Assembly (NCBI GenBank): GCA_046542255.1
Contig: JBKHBT010000001.1
Location: 41,627 to 105,626, forward strand
DNA length: 64,000 nucleotides
From: Candidatus Zixiibacteriota bacterium
GTDB taxonomy: Bacteria; UBP14; UBA6098; JBKHBT01
Reading direction: 5' to 3'
Shown here: positions 1 to 10,274 of the stretch, in pieces
How positions within the stretch are numbered: the first letter of the stretch is position 1
How the letters are laid out: each line of letters starts with the position of its first letter
Notes under the pieces: generated by a model
Seen by the model: only the letters and a program-made list of their open reading frames with translations
Databases searched by the model: none
Told to the model about the DNA's origin: nothing
Position numbers and translations under genes: made by a program

Positions 1-132
1 GTTACATTATCATTCGTTCCAAAAATAATAGCAATTGGATTATTATTATGGATTATGTCGCCGTATCTGGTAAAGCATCTTGTTGAATACTCTCAGTCGG
101 TATTTTTACTAATCGAAGAAGCTGGACTATAA
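1..132 (+). CDS. fliQ: Flagellar/T3SS export apparatus protein FliQ, 3' fragment (5' end outside window)
   Basis: Frame-1 translation of nt 1-129 reads TLSFVPKIIAIGLLLWIMSPYLVKHLVEYSQSVFLLIEEAGL, then TAA at 130-132. This matches the conserved FliQ C-terminus (E. coli ...TLSFIPKIIT...PWML...). It sits immediately upstream of fliR as expected. Confidence 0.7.
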   Translation, partial: VTLSFVPKIIAIGLLLWIMSPYLVKHLVEYSQSVFLLIEEAGL

Positions 133-158
133 AAGATGACTACTTGCCGGAGAAATAA

Positions 159-911
159 ATGAATACAATAGACTTCCTATTGACGGATATCTTTGCTTTC
201 GGCCTGGTTTTCCTCAGGATTACTGGCTTTGCTACAATGGCGCCATTTATTCGGGAAAACTATATTCCGCCGAGATTTCGTGTTCTCGGAGCGATATTAT
301 TCACGGCCCTTTTGTTTCGAAAGATAACTGGTGATATGCAGCCTGTTGGTTTTGCGGAATTCTTCTTCCTGGGAATAATGGAATTTGCCATCGGAGCCGC
401 CCTGGGCTTCGGGATGAATCTCATTTTCATGGCAATACGAAGCGCAGGCTCACAGATGGGACAGATGATCGGGCTTCGATTCCATATGATGAATACTGGC
501 GAAGAACCCATCGGCCTTGGCGAATTGCTTATGATATTCACTGCTTTTTTCGTTATTTCATCCGGCGGAGACAGATATATGATACAAGTTTTCATCGACC
601 TATACGAGAAAATACCGATAGGAGCTTTCAAGATGGGAGTAGTCTCGATGAGGCCGACACTCGAGCTGGGTACAGCTTTTTTCAAAGCGATTATCAAACT
701 ATCTCTACCGATTATTGGAGTAATTTTGACTTTCTATCTCCTGGTAGGCATCTTCCAGCACTTTTTCCAGAACTGGGACATATTTGCTATGGTATTTCCG
801 GGGGCGGTTTTTATCGGACTATGGGCTATCGCGCTTATGGCGCCGAATATTATAATCCAGGCATCGCAGATTTTCAAAGAGACAGTAAATTCGCTGGGAA
901 ATATATTTTGA
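159..911 (+). CDS. fliR: Flagellar biosynthesis/export protein FliR
   Basis: 250-aa polytopic membrane protein. N-terminus (FLLTDIFAFGLVFLRITGF) matches the FliR family. GGAGA RBS 5-6 nt upstream. Order is fliQ-fliR-flhB-flhA. Confidence 0.85.
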   Translation: MNTIDFLLTDIFAFGLVFLRITGFATMAPFIRENYIPPRFRVLGAILFTALLFRKITGDMQPVGFAEFFFLGIMEFAIGAALGFGMNLIFMAIRSAGSQMGQMIGLRFHMMNTGEEPIGLGELLMIFTAFFVISSGGDRYMIQVFIDLYEKIPIGAFKMGVVSMRPTLELGTAFFKAIIKLSLPIIGVILTFYLLVGIFQHFFQNWDIFAMVFPGAVFIGLWAIALMAPNIIIQASQIFKETVNSLGNIF

Positions 912-950
912 TTATAAAGCGAATTACATATAGCATAAGGAGGTGGTGAA

Positions 951-1979
951 ATGGCCGAAGATGCGGATAAAAGGTATGAGCCTACTCAACATCATCTTGA
1001 GCAGGCAAGAAAGAAGGGTGATATACCAAAAAGTAATGACTTTATAGGCATTATGACGTTGATTATCTCGCTATCGCTTATTTTTACCACATGGAAATTT
1101 GTCGTTAATGATGTTCAGAGGCTTTTTTCTGATGTTCTGAAGCTGGCAGATCCATTGCAAAGTTTCGGCCTTCTTGGAAAGACCTTTTTGAAGTGGCTCA
1201 TGATCTACACGATGCCTGTATTATTGGCCAGCATACTGGGCCATATCGCTCAGAAAGCTATCGTTTTCTCTACCGAGGCCATACAGCCCAAATTCGATAG
1301 AATCAATCCTGCTAAAAACCTGAAGAATCTATTTTCTATCGAGACACTGGTTACAGCTATCAAAGCACTTGTTTCGATGTCGATTCTGGTTGGTGTTATT
1401 ATGATCGCGGTCAGGAAGATGGCATCTATGATGGTTGGTGCCAGTATCGATTTGGCGCCATTTGTCAAGGCATCTGTCGTCTCGATTATTCCAATTGTGC
1501 TCTGGCTTGCGGCAATGAGCTTTGGCGACCTGGTCTTTACAAGACTCCGCCACAAACATAAGCATAAAATGACTGTTCAAGAAATGAAAGAGGAGCTAAA
1601 GCAAACCGAAGGCGATCCTCTGATAAAATCAAAACAGCGAGCATTCCGAAACAAAATCCTTAGCGGAAGTATGCAGCAAGATGTCGAAGAGGCGACTGTA
1701 GTCATCACTAATCCTGTGCATCTGGCTATTGCATTGAAATACGACCCGGAAGAATTCCCAGCACCTTTGGTTATGGCCAAAGGCGCAAGGAAAATGGCGG
1801 AGAAAATCAAGAAAATCGCGAAGGAAAACAAGGTGCCAATAATTGAAAATCCACCTGTTGCACAGCTTCTTTATCGATTTGTGGAAGTTGGCGATGCGGT
1901 GCCTCCGAAGTATTACAAAGTAGTAGCAGAAATCCTGGCATATATAATGACCAGAAAGGCGGCAAGTAATGCGGCATAA
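951..1979 (+). CDS. flhB: Flagellar export protein FlhB (substrate-specificity switch)
   Basis: 342 aa. N-terminus is MAEDADKRYEPTQHHLEQARKKGDIPKS, the FlhB signature. Four TM segments. An NPVH motif sits at the expected NPTH autocleavage site. AGGAGGTG RBS. Confidence 0.9.
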   Translation: MAEDADKRYEPTQHHLEQARKKGDIPKSNDFIGIMTLIISLSLIFTTWKFVVNDVQRLFSDVLKLADPLQSFGLLGKTFLKWLMIYTMPVLLASILGHIAQKAIVFSTEAIQPKFDRINPAKNLKNLFSIETLVTAIKALVSMSILVGVIMIAVRKMASMMVGASIDLAPFVKASVVSIIPIVLWLAAMSFGDLVFTRLRHKHKHKMTVQEMKEELKQTEGDPLIKSKQRAFRNKILSGSMQQDVEEATVVITNPVHLAIALKYDPEEFPAPLVMAKGARKMAEKIKKIAKENKVPIIENPPVAQLLYRFVEVGDAVPPKYYKVVAEILAYIMTRKAASNAA

Positions 1980-4020
1980 AATTGGAATGGGCCTTATAGA
2001 ACATTCAGACTATATTTTCCCGCTCGGGCTGGTTGTAGTCCTTGGCATGATGATTGTGCCTATTCCAACTGCTATGATGGATGTTATGCTGGCACTTAAT
2101 ATTAGTATGTCGTTTTTGGTTTTGCTTCTGGCTTCGTATATCAAAAAACAGCTTGAATTTAGCATATTTCCTGCGCTGCTTCTTGTTCTAACTTTATTCC
2201 GATTATCATTGAATGTCGCGTCAACGCGATTGATTCTGGGACAAGCATATGCTGGTAAGGTAATCAAAACCTTCGGAAATTTTGTTGTTACTGGCAATTA
2301 TGTGGTCGGCCTTGTAATATTTTTGATCATAGTGATTATCCAATTTATTGTAATTACAAAAGGTGCCGGGCGAATTGCCGAGGTAGCGGCCAGATTCATT
2401 CTCGATGCCTTGCCTGGCAAGCAGATGTCTATCGATGCCGATTTATCTGCCGGTGTTATCGATGAAGACGAAGCTCGTCAAATGCGAAAAGATATTGCCA
2501 AAGAAGCCGATTTTTATGGCGCGATGGATGGTGCATCGAAATTCGTCCGCGGCGATGCCATAGCTGGACTTATTATCACATTGATTAATATTGTCGGAGG
2601 CCTTGTCATTGGGGTTGCTCAGATGAAGATGACATTCGGCGAAGCAGTTAGCACATATACACTACTAACCGTTGGAGATGGGCTTGTATCGCAGATTCCC
2701 GCGCTTTTGGTATCGACTGCTGCCGGCCTTATGGTCACAAGGAGCGCATCAAAAAAGAGCCTTGGACGAGAGATTGCTGGCCAGTTTTTCAGTAATCCAC
2801 GCCCAGTCTTTATTACTGCCGGAATAATATTAATTGTTATGTTGCTCCCGGGAATGCCCAAAGTCCCATTTATGATGATTGCTGGAAGCCTCGGAGTTTT
2901 AGGATATGCAGTCAAGAAAGCCGGCGATAGCGCACCAGAGGAAGAAGAATTGCCCGATGAAGACGAAGGCGATGACGATATTCCTCTTTGGGCGCCAGTA
3001 GAACCTCTTGAAATCGAGCTTGGTTTTGATCTTTTGGAGCTGGTCGATGAGGAGCGGCCGGGCAATTTGCTCGAGAGAATCCCCGATCTTCGTAGAAAGC
3101 ATCTTCTTGAAACGGGTTTCCGAATACCTGCGATTCGTATTCGCGATAATCTCGGCCTGCCATCTTCGAATTATCGAATAAGCTTCTATGGCAATACTGC
3201 TGGAGAGGGTACAATTCTGATGAATAAATATCTCGCTCTTCCGCCGGAAGGTATGCAGGAGACTATGCTCGAGGGCGAAAAGACAGTCGATCCTGCTTTC
3301 GGTGTTCCCGCCGTATGGGTTCCGCCCGAAATGCAAATCGAGGCAGAAGACACCGGCCATACCGTTATCGAACCCGAAGCAGTACTAATCACGCATCTCG
3401 GCGAGCTGGTGAATCGTATGGGATATAAACTACTCGACCGCCAGAGCGTACAGGATCTTGTCGATCAGGTGCAGACGGAGTTTCCGGCGATTGTCGAGGA
3501 TGTTATTCCAGAGCAACTTCCATTGGGAGTGCTTCAGCGCGTACTTCAGGGATTACTCAAAGAAGGTGTACCAATTTCCAATATAACGGTCATTCTTGAG
3601 ACATTAGCGGACGTAAGCCAGCAGACCAAAGACCCGAAAATCCTCGTCGAAATGACGCGCCATGCGCTATCGGAAGAGATATATCAGATGTTTGTTGAGC
3701 CGGATGGCAAGCTCTATGCAGTCAGCTTCGACCCGAATCTTGAGGCATATCTTCAGAAATCGACACAAAACTCAAAGGATGGCTCATTCAATATCGCGCC
3801 ACAGACACTTTCGACTATTTTCCGAACGCTCAGGAGCAATCTCGACCGCATGAAGCGCGAAGGACATCCCGAGCTTCTAATTGTGTCGCCATCACTTCGC
3901 GGCAAGCTCCATGAAATCCTTGAACCACTTTTCCCACAGCTTGATATAATCTCCTATGCAGAAATGCCGCTACGCGCTCAATTGCAGTCGAAATGGATTG
4001 TATCGCTGAATCAGAAATAA
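1969..4020 (+). CDS. flhA: Flagellar export protein FlhA
   Basis: 683 aa. N-terminal TM domain followed by a large cytoplasmic domain typical of the FlhA/InvA/LcrD family. Overlaps flhB by 11 nt. Confidence 0.9.
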   Translation: MRHKIGMGLIEHSDYIFPLGLVVVLGMMIVPIPTAMMDVMLALNISMSFLVLLLASYIKKQLEFSIFPALLLVLTLFRLSLNVASTRLILGQAYAGKVIKTFGNFVVTGNYVVGLVIFLIIVIIQFIVITKGAGRIAEVAARFILDALPGKQMSIDADLSAGVIDEDEARQMRKDIAKEADFYGAMDGASKFVRGDAIAGLIITLINIVGGLVIGVAQMKMTFGEAVSTYTLLTVGDGLVSQIPALLVSTAAGLMVTRSASKKSLGREIAGQFFSNPRPVFITAGIILIVMLLPGMPKVPFMMIAGSLGVLGYAVKKAGDSAPEEEELPDEDEGDDDIPLWAPVEPLEIELGFDLLELVDEERPGNLLERIPDLRRKHLLETGFRIPAIRIRDNLGLPSSNYRISFYGNTAGEGTILMNKYLALPPEGMQETMLEGEKTVDPAFGVPAVWVPPEMQIEAEDTGHTVIEPEAVLITHLGELVNRMGYKLLDRQSVQDLVDQVQTEFPAIVEDVIPEQLPLGVLQRVLQGLLKEGVPISNITVILETLADVSQQTKDPKILVEMTRHALSEEIYQMFVEPDGKLYAVSFDPNLEAYLQKSTQNSKDGSFNIAPQTLSTIFRTLRSNLDRMKREGHPELLIVSPSLRGKLHEILEPLFPQLDIISYAEMPLRAQLQSKWIVSLNQK

Positions 4021-4074
4021 TTAGATAGATCCTTAATCCATGACGAACTCAAGAAAATAGACAAAACCGGCTTA

Positions 4075-5457
4075 TTAGAAACTATACGTTGCTGACAGAG
4101 TCAATGCTGCAACATAGCCGTCATAGATGCCCGGAATATTGGTAATCAATGTGGAGTTGTCTTCATTGTATGGCTCTACATCCAGTTCGCCGAAATATTC
4201 CATTTCGAATGATGATTCGATCTGGATTTTGCCATAATCGGCAGAAAAACCAAGGTTGAATGCTGGATTATCATTGAAATCCGGGAGAAATAGATTCTGA
4301 TATTCCGGCACTGGCGGATGAGGCTCATAGAAAACACCACCGCGGAGTGCATATCTCGATAATCGCCATTCTGCCCCAAGGCTATATCGCCAATAGCTTT
4401 TCCATCCGACAGTAATTTGTTCCAAAATCGAATCTGTATCGGCATAGTAAACTGTAAGCTCATCGAGGACTTCCCAATCAGTATAGCTGGCATCGGCAGT
4501 TATAGTGATATCTTCTGTGATATCATAACCGACACCGAAACCATACATAAGGGGCCTTGGCAGAGACAATCTGGCATCCTCCCAGGGGCGAACGATATAG
4601 CCGCCATTTATTATCCCGAGACCTTCGCTAAGTGTTTGATTATAGAATTTATATACCTCTTCGCGGAATTCGCCTTCATATTCAAAATCGGAATCGTACT
4701 TGATGGAAGCTCCGAGTTGAATCTTATCAGTAGGTTGGTATTGTACTCCGGCATTGATACCCCAATTCAAAGACTGCATCTTGGCTTTTTGGAAAACAAT
4801 GCCAGTATCGGCCAGCATCTTTGTGGAATCCAGAGATGGCATATCGACATCGAAAGATGAATATGTAAAAGTTGTAGCCACTCCGATCGATAGGTTTTCA
4901 GTAATCTGATATGCTATAGCAGGCGAGCCAGTCATAGCAAAAATGGTTCCTACGAAATCTTCTTCTGGCAAGGCCTCGGTAGTTGTAAATTCGTATTCTC
5001 GGATATTATTTACAAGTTGCTTCGTAACATAATCCAAATCATGGTCCTTCATGACATCCCAGGTGCTTGCAACACCCAATGGTGAGTAGAAACCAAGTCC
5101 AAAAATCAGCTTTTTAGCTGCGATATTTGGCCGAAAACTGGAAAATATATGAGGCACAATGAAATCGCTGCTTGTCATCTGATGTTCTCCCGGGCGTATC
5201 ACATGAGCTGTTTTCAATAGCGTGTCGGCTGGGGTATATCGGAAATCATTATGGACCCACTGCCCTATCGCCTGTAATTTATAATCCGAATCGATATTGC
5301 TCAAACCGGCAGGATTCCAATAAATGGATGTAGGGTCATCGCATATTGCTCGATATGCTCCGCCCATCGAAATCCCGCGCGCACCGATTCCAGGAAGATG
5401 CATCCCAGCAGCAAAAACATTGATCACTATTGACAAAAGTAGGATGAATCGTTTCAT
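4075..5457 (-). CDS. Outer-membrane beta-barrel protein, FadL/PorV-like family
   Basis: 460 aa. Signal peptide. Motif GISMGGAYRAICDDPTSIYWNPAGL near the N-terminus, typical of FadL-like/PorV-like OMPs. C-terminal aromatic residue (…ATYSF). Alternating amphipathic beta-strand pattern. Confidence 0.5.
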   Translation of the reverse strand: MKRFILLLSIVINVFAAGMHLPGIGARGISMGGAYRAICDDPTSIYWNPAGLSNIDSDYKLQAIGQWVHNDFRYTPADTLLKTAHVIRPGEHQMTSSDFIVPHIFSSFRPNIAAKKLIFGLGFYSPLGVASTWDVMKDHDLDYVTKQLVNNIREYEFTTTEALPEEDFVGTIFAMTGSPAIAYQITENLSIGVATTFTYSSFDVDMPSLDSTKMLADTGIVFQKAKMQSLNWGINAGVQYQPTDKIQLGASIKYDSDFEYEGEFREEVYKFYNQTLSEGLGIINGGYIVRPWEDARLSLPRPLMYGFGVGYDITEDITITADASYTDWEVLDELTVYYADTDSILEQITVGWKSYWRYSLGAEWRLSRYALRGGVFYEPHPPVPEYQNLFLPDFNDNPAFNLGFSADYGKIQIESSFEMEYFGELDVEPYNEDNSTLITNIPGIYDGYVAALTLSATYSF

Positions 5458-5636
5458 TAAATTCCTTTCATAGTTTAATCATCTTTGCATGGAAAAATAA
5501 TACATTATTCGAAGCTTGCCTAATTCTCTTTGAAAAAAAATAATAAAGACATAAAAATAGTATTGACATTAGTGTGAAATTGAATATTTTATTAATGGAC
5601 ATTCGTACAGGTAGCGATGTCGTTTTGATTATTGCT

Positions 5637-5665
5637 TTGACAAGTTTTAGTAATTAATATATCAT
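5637..5665 (+). promoter_or_regulatory. Putative sigma70-type promoter for lexA (TTGACA-17nt-TATCAT)
   Basis: TTGACA at 5637-5642, 17-nt spacer, TATCAT at 5660-5665, about 25 nt upstream of the lexA ATG. GGGAGA RBS at 5679-5684. Confidence 0.35.
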
Positions 5666-5689
5666 TCAAATCTATATTGGGAGAATGAC

Positions 5690-6316
5690 ATGATTTATTC
5701 ATCGAATCCAAAAGGAGAGCTAAACAAAATAGAACGAGGCGTACTTGAATTTATAGTCCGCTATAAAAACGAGAACGATATTGCGCCGACAATTCGCGAA
5801 ATTGCCGGTACACTCAATATGTCCAAATCCCATGTGCCCAATATTCTCCGTTCGCTTCAGGATAAACAATATATCGAAGTATTAGACGGCACCCCCAGAG
5901 GTATCGTTCTAAAGCAAAAGAATTTCGGCAAACTGATTAGTATTCCCGTCATCGGGACAATCGCTGCTGGAGTTCCTGTATTTGCAGCCGAAAACTATGA
6001 AGGCAGCTTTAGCATTTCAAGTGATTTTGTACCTAATGGCGAGCTGTTTGCTCTTATGGTGTCTGGCGAAAGCATGATTGGCGCTAATATCTTCGATGGA
6101 GATGTCGCAATAATAAAACGCGAAGAAATAGCACAAAATGGGGATATAGTTGCCGCTCTCGTTGATGGTGAGGCTACGCTCAAGAGATTCTACCGAAATA
6201 AAGATGTCATCTGGCTTATGCCGGAGAATTCCGATTTCAAACCAGTGATAATTACAAAAGAAGAAGGGCCGCTTCTGGTGCTTGGTAAGCTGGTCGCAAC
6301 AATCAGGAAATACTAA
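5690..6316 (+). CDS. lexA: LexA repressor (S24 peptidase, SOS regulator)
   Basis: 208 aa. N-terminal winged HTH (TIREIAGTLNMSKSHV). C-terminal S24 domain with Ser (LMVSGESMIGANI) and Lys (ATLKRFY) of the catalytic dyad and a cleavage-site-like AAG. Confidence 0.85.
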   Translation: MIYSSNPKGELNKIERGVLEFIVRYKNENDIAPTIREIAGTLNMSKSHVPNILRSLQDKQYIEVLDGTPRGIVLKQKNFGKLISIPVIGTIAAGVPVFAAENYEGSFSISSDFVPNGELFALMVSGESMIGANIFDGDVAIIKREEIAQNGDIVAALVDGEATLKRFYRNKDVIWLMPENSDFKPVIITKEEGPLLVLGKLVATIRKY

Positions 6317-7134
6317 TGAGCCTAAAAGACAAGGTCGAGATCGGGCTTTCTGGTTTTCGCTTCGATAGCGATAAAAAGGTCTTCTATCCAAAAGGCCTTC
6401 AGCAAAACCGATTTATCGAATATTATGCAAAACATTTCACTATTTTAGAAATAAATTCTACATATTATGGACTACCGTCCGAGTCGGTGTTCGAGCGGTT
6501 CAATCGCCTTACGCCACAGGATTTCAAATTCATCGTGAAACTGCCAGGTAGTATGACTCATGAAAGAATCAATCCGAAGTCTGACTACGGCCATTTTATC
6601 AAATTGCTGCATAAAATCGATAATCCCGGAAAACTAAAAGGCCTGCTGGCGCAATTTCCACAGTCATTTCGCAATAACAAAAAAAATATCGAATATATAA
6701 AGTCGCTAAAAAGACTATTTGCCGGCCATATCAAAGGCGATAATTTATATATCGAATTTCGCCATGAAAGCTGGCTCGATGATAAAATATTCAAGATGCT
6801 TCAACAAGAAAATATGGGCATCGTATCAGTTGATGAACCTGATTTGCCGGAGCTTATGACACGAGAGCTTATCAATACCACCGATGAGATATACCTTCGG
6901 CTCCATAGCAGGAACAAAGAGAAATGGTATGAAGGCCGCGATGAGCGATATAATTATTACTATTCCGAAGATGAAATTAGAGAAATAATCAAAAAGCTCG
7001 ACAGAAAAACCAAAGACCGTATGAAAGCACTAGTCTTTTTCAATAATTGTCATCGAGGCTCTGCGGTCAAGAATGCCGAAAAAATGAAGCTGCTTCTTGG
7101 CCAGGATTTCGGGCCGCCCAATCTGGGGTTTTGA
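6316..7134 (+). CDS. DUF72 (UPF0759/YecE-like) family protein
   Basis: 272 aa. N-terminal IGLSGFRFDSDKKVFYP…YAKHFTILEINSTYYGLP matches the DUF72 consensus (IGTSGW…FYP…YA..F..VEIN.TFY). ATG overlaps the lexA TAA (TAATG). Confidence 0.75.
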   Translation: MSLKDKVEIGLSGFRFDSDKKVFYPKGLQQNRFIEYYAKHFTILEINSTYYGLPSESVFERFNRLTPQDFKFIVKLPGSMTHERINPKSDYGHFIKLLHKIDNPGKLKGLLAQFPQSFRNNKKNIEYIKSLKRLFAGHIKGDNLYIEFRHESWLDDKIFKMLQQENMGIVSVDEPDLPELMTRELINTTDEIYLRLHSRNKEKWYEGRDERYNYYYSEDEIREIIKKLDRKTKDRMKALVFFNNCHRGSAVKNAEKMKLLLGQDFGPPNLGF

Positions 7135-7258
7135 TTTATAGATTGTCTTGTCTTTTGTTTTTATTGGAATTTATACAAAATCCGCTTCCAGCGACTCAGT
7201 ATTTAAAAAATTATATCTTCAGCTTTTATTATGCTAAATATTATCTTATCTTATTAAT

Positions 7259-8836
7259 ATGAGAATTTGGATAATAATCATTTTCGCAGTCAATATTCTA
7301 TCGGCAGTCGATGACAGCTTATTGTTGCCTATTGATTCCCTCGAGATCGAAAAAGCTCTCGATTCATTAGCAAATCAGGGATTCTTTGACTATGAGATGT
7401 CCAATAAGGAAGATTCATTGCTGATAGTTTATGATGCAGAAAAAACAAAATTCGGTAATATCTCTTATATTGTAGAAAGCAAAGATACATCATTAGATAT
7501 CGATTCTCCAGTTTTTCTAACATCCGAGAATTTATATGATTGGATATTGAAAATTGCCCGAGAATTTGCTGATAATGGTTACCCATTTGCTAAAATCAAA
7601 ATCAATAAGCTCGAAATTTCGCAAAATAAAGCCGATATTGCACTTCAAATAAATAGGAACAATAGAATTAAAATCCATGATGTGCATATCTATGAAAATA
7701 CAAAGACCAAATCATCATCGATTAGAAAGCAAATGCTTTTGGAAAAAGGCCAGTTATATCGTATTTCTGAAATTGAAAAGGGTATTTCAAGAGTAAATCG
7801 TAAAGGAATCGTCAAATTTAGCAAAACTCATAATATCGCTCGTGATAATCAGGGCAACTGGTATATTGGCCTAAATGGCGAAGATATAGCTCAATCATCC
7901 GCACAGGGGCTTATAACAGCCCATCGAAATGCTGAAGATATAATGGAATTTGGCGGCCAGATTCAGGCGAATATCAAGAATATTTGGGGAAAGGCGAGAG
8001 TTTTCCATTTGGAATGGGAAAAGCTTAACTCGGAGAATGCGCTGCTCGAATTTAAGGCCTATGACCCAAATTTCGCAGGTACATTTTTCGGGGCGGAATT
8101 GTATTTTGGGCAAAACACCAAATCTACCTTTCTAAAAAGAACCCTAAAAATCAATGCTGAATATCCTATTGGATATATTTGGGATATTTCAGCCGGTTTT
8201 GACTTCAAATGGACAATTCCCGATTCATCAGGGCTATGGAGACATCGTATTCCATATCAAAATTCCAGCGGATTTGTTTTGGGAAGCCGTGCAAGCACTA
8301 TCGACAATCCCGATTTCCCCAAAAGAGGTTTCTATTCGGATGTCGAGTTGATTGGCAGCATTAATACTTTCGATGCACCAAAAGATGCCATCGCCGAAGA
8401 AAACATGAAAGATCAATATGAACTTCGCACTAATATCAGTGGAAGTTATGTGCAATATTTAGATTTCTGGGGGCCATTTATAAGATTTGGCGCAAAGGGA
8501 ATTTTAACCACAACCGCAAAAGAGTTATCCATATCGCAAAAAGAATATATCGGCGGCTTTAATACTATTCGCGGGCACCTTGAAGATGAAGCCTATGGCG
8601 ATAGAATTTTCTATTCCGGTGCAGAACTTCGCTTTCTCCTTGCCCCAAAGAGCGCAATCTTCCCATTTTTTGATTTTGGTATCTATAATGAAAATGTGAT
8701 ATCGAATATCTATGGCTATGGAATAGGCATAATATCTCAAACTGCAATTGGAATGATTAGCATAAGTTATGGAATTTCTCCAGAACGAAATATGACAAAT
8801 GGATTATTGCATTTTGGAATTCGTAGCCAATTTTAG
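7259..8836 (+). CDS. Omp85-family (BamA/TamA/D15-like) outer-membrane protein with POTRA-like N-terminal region
   Basis: 525 aa. Signal peptide. N-terminal POTRA-like region. C-terminal beta-barrel ending …GLLHFGIRSQF, the terminal aromatic typical of Omp85 barrels. Confidence 0.5.
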   Translation: MRIWIIIIFAVNILSAVDDSLLLPIDSLEIEKALDSLANQGFFDYEMSNKEDSLLIVYDAEKTKFGNISYIVESKDTSLDIDSPVFLTSENLYDWILKIAREFADNGYPFAKIKINKLEISQNKADIALQINRNNRIKIHDVHIYENTKTKSSSIRKQMLLEKGQLYRISEIEKGISRVNRKGIVKFSKTHNIARDNQGNWYIGLNGEDIAQSSAQGLITAHRNAEDIMEFGGQIQANIKNIWGKARVFHLEWEKLNSENALLEFKAYDPNFAGTFFGAELYFGQNTKSTFLKRTLKINAEYPIGYIWDISAGFDFKWTIPDSSGLWRHRIPYQNSSGFVLGSRASTIDNPDFPKRGFYSDVELIGSINTFDAPKDAIAEENMKDQYELRTNISGSYVQYLDFWGPFIRFGAKGILTTTAKELSISQKEYIGGFNTIRGHLEDEAYGDRIFYSGAELRFLLAPKSAIFPFFDFGIYNENVISNIYGYGIGIISQTAIGMISISYGISPERNMTNGLLHFGIRSQF

Positions 8837-8867
8837 ATAAATTAAAATTTTTAAAATACTTGCCAGA

Positions 8868-10256
8868 ATGATTTTTTATTATATATTGGACGTTATGAAT
8901 GCTCGACTAGGCATAATAGGCGCAGGCCCCGGAGGATATGTAGCAGCAGTTTATGCTGCTAAGAAGGGGCTCGATGTTACCATATTCGAGATGGAACATC
9001 CTGGAGGCGAATGTACCAATTACGGTTGCATTCCTACCAAATGCTTTTATACATATGCGCATCAAATGCATAAGATTCACAAAGCCAAAAAACGCAAGAT
9101 TTTTACCGAAGTTCCAGATATAGACTACAGACGTATAGTAAATCGCAAAGACCAGGTAGTCAAGCGTTCGCGAAAAGGCGTACAATATCTTATGAAAAAA
9201 GCCGGTGTCGAGTTAGTTACCAAAGAAGCTGAATATATCGGTAATAATAAAATCAAAACTATTCCTGATGGCAAAGAATATGATTTCGATTTTGTGCTTT
9301 TGGCTATGGGTTCCGATGCTGCTATACCTCCAATCGATGGTTTAGAAGGTGTCAGGGTATGGACAAATCGCGAGACACTCGCATCAAATAGCTTGCCAAA
9401 AAATATTTTGATAGTCGGCGCCGGTGTTATCGGTGTCGAGTTTGCCGGCATTATGAATGCCTTTGGCGCAAGTGTTACCGTCATAGAAATGCTGCCTACT
9501 ATACTCGCCAGCCTAGACCATACAATGCGCGAGCTTGAACACAAGACGATGGTGAAAAATGGAATAAAAATCATCACCAAAAGCTCATGTGAGAAAATCG
9601 AAGCGGCCGCAGAAAAATATATCGCCCATTATGAAGGCGAGAAACATGAATTTGATGCTGTTATTCTTGCAACAGGCCGCAGCCCAAGAACACCTAAAAA
9701 TGCTATAAATCTCGGTTTCGACGTGGACAGGCGCGGCCATATCGATATCAATTGTATGATGTATACTGGTGTGGACAATGTCTATGCCATTGGCGATCTT
9801 ATTGGTGAGCCATATCTTGCCCACAAAGCATCGGCACAGGCCGAAATTGCTGTCGATAATATTTTAGGTAATGCTCGCAAAGAGTCGCAATTTTATCCGG
9901 CTGCCGTTTTTGGCGATCTCGAAATCGGGTCGATTGGCCTGACCGAGCAAGAAGCCAAAGAAAAGTACGGCGAAGATATCAAAATTGGCGAATTTCCTTA
10001 TATTGCATCCGGGAAAGCACAGGCCGAAGATGAAACCGAGGGCCTGGTCAAATTCATTACTGATAAAGACGGTATTGTCCGGGGTATTCACATAGCCGGC
10101 GAAGGCGCTGCAGAGCTTTTAGCAACTGCCAGTATTGTTGTTCAAAAAGGTATGAAAATTGAAGATTTGGAAGAAATTATATTTGCACATCCAACACTTT
10201 CTGAAATGCTGAAAGAATCGATTTTGGATTGTATCGATGGTGCAATTCATAAATAA
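8868..10256 (+). CDS. lpdA: Dihydrolipoyl dehydrogenase (E3 component)
   Basis: FAD-binding GIIGAGPGGY. Redox-active disulfide GGECTNYGCIPTK. NAD-binding GAGVIGVEF. C-terminal HPTLSE signature of LpdA. The true start is probably the internal ATG at 8895 (MNARLGIIGAG…). Confidence 0.8.
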   Translation: MIFYYILDVMNARLGIIGAGPGGYVAAVYAAKKGLDVTIFEMEHPGGECTNYGCIPTKCFYTYAHQMHKIHKAKKRKIFTEVPDIDYRRIVNRKDQVVKRSRKGVQYLMKKAGVELVTKEAEYIGNNKIKTIPDGKEYDFDFVLLAMGSDAAIPPIDGLEGVRVWTNRETLASNSLPKNILIVGAGVIGVEFAGIMNAFGASVTVIEMLPTILASLDHTMRELEHKTMVKNGIKIITKSSCEKIEAAAEKYIAHYEGEKHEFDAVILATGRSPRTPKNAINLGFDVDRRGHIDINCMMYTGVDNVYAIGDLIGEPYLAHKASAQAEIAVDNILGNARKESQFYPAAVFGDLEIGSIGLTEQEAKEKYGEDIKIGEFPYIASGKAQAEDETEGLVKFITDKDGIVRGIHIAGEGAAELLATASIVVQKGMKIEDLEEIIFAHPTLSEMLKESILDCIDGAIHK

Positions 10257-10274
10257 ATTACAGGAGGTTTAATA

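Noticed and set aside
260-697. 145-aa minus-strand ORF inside fliR, and similar nested small ORFs throughout the window (1250..1555, 2619..3065, 9125..9580, 19015..19254, 24429..24716 and others)
   Set aside because: All lie fully inside confidently assigned genes on the opposite strand or in alternate frames, without RBS or recognisable motifs.
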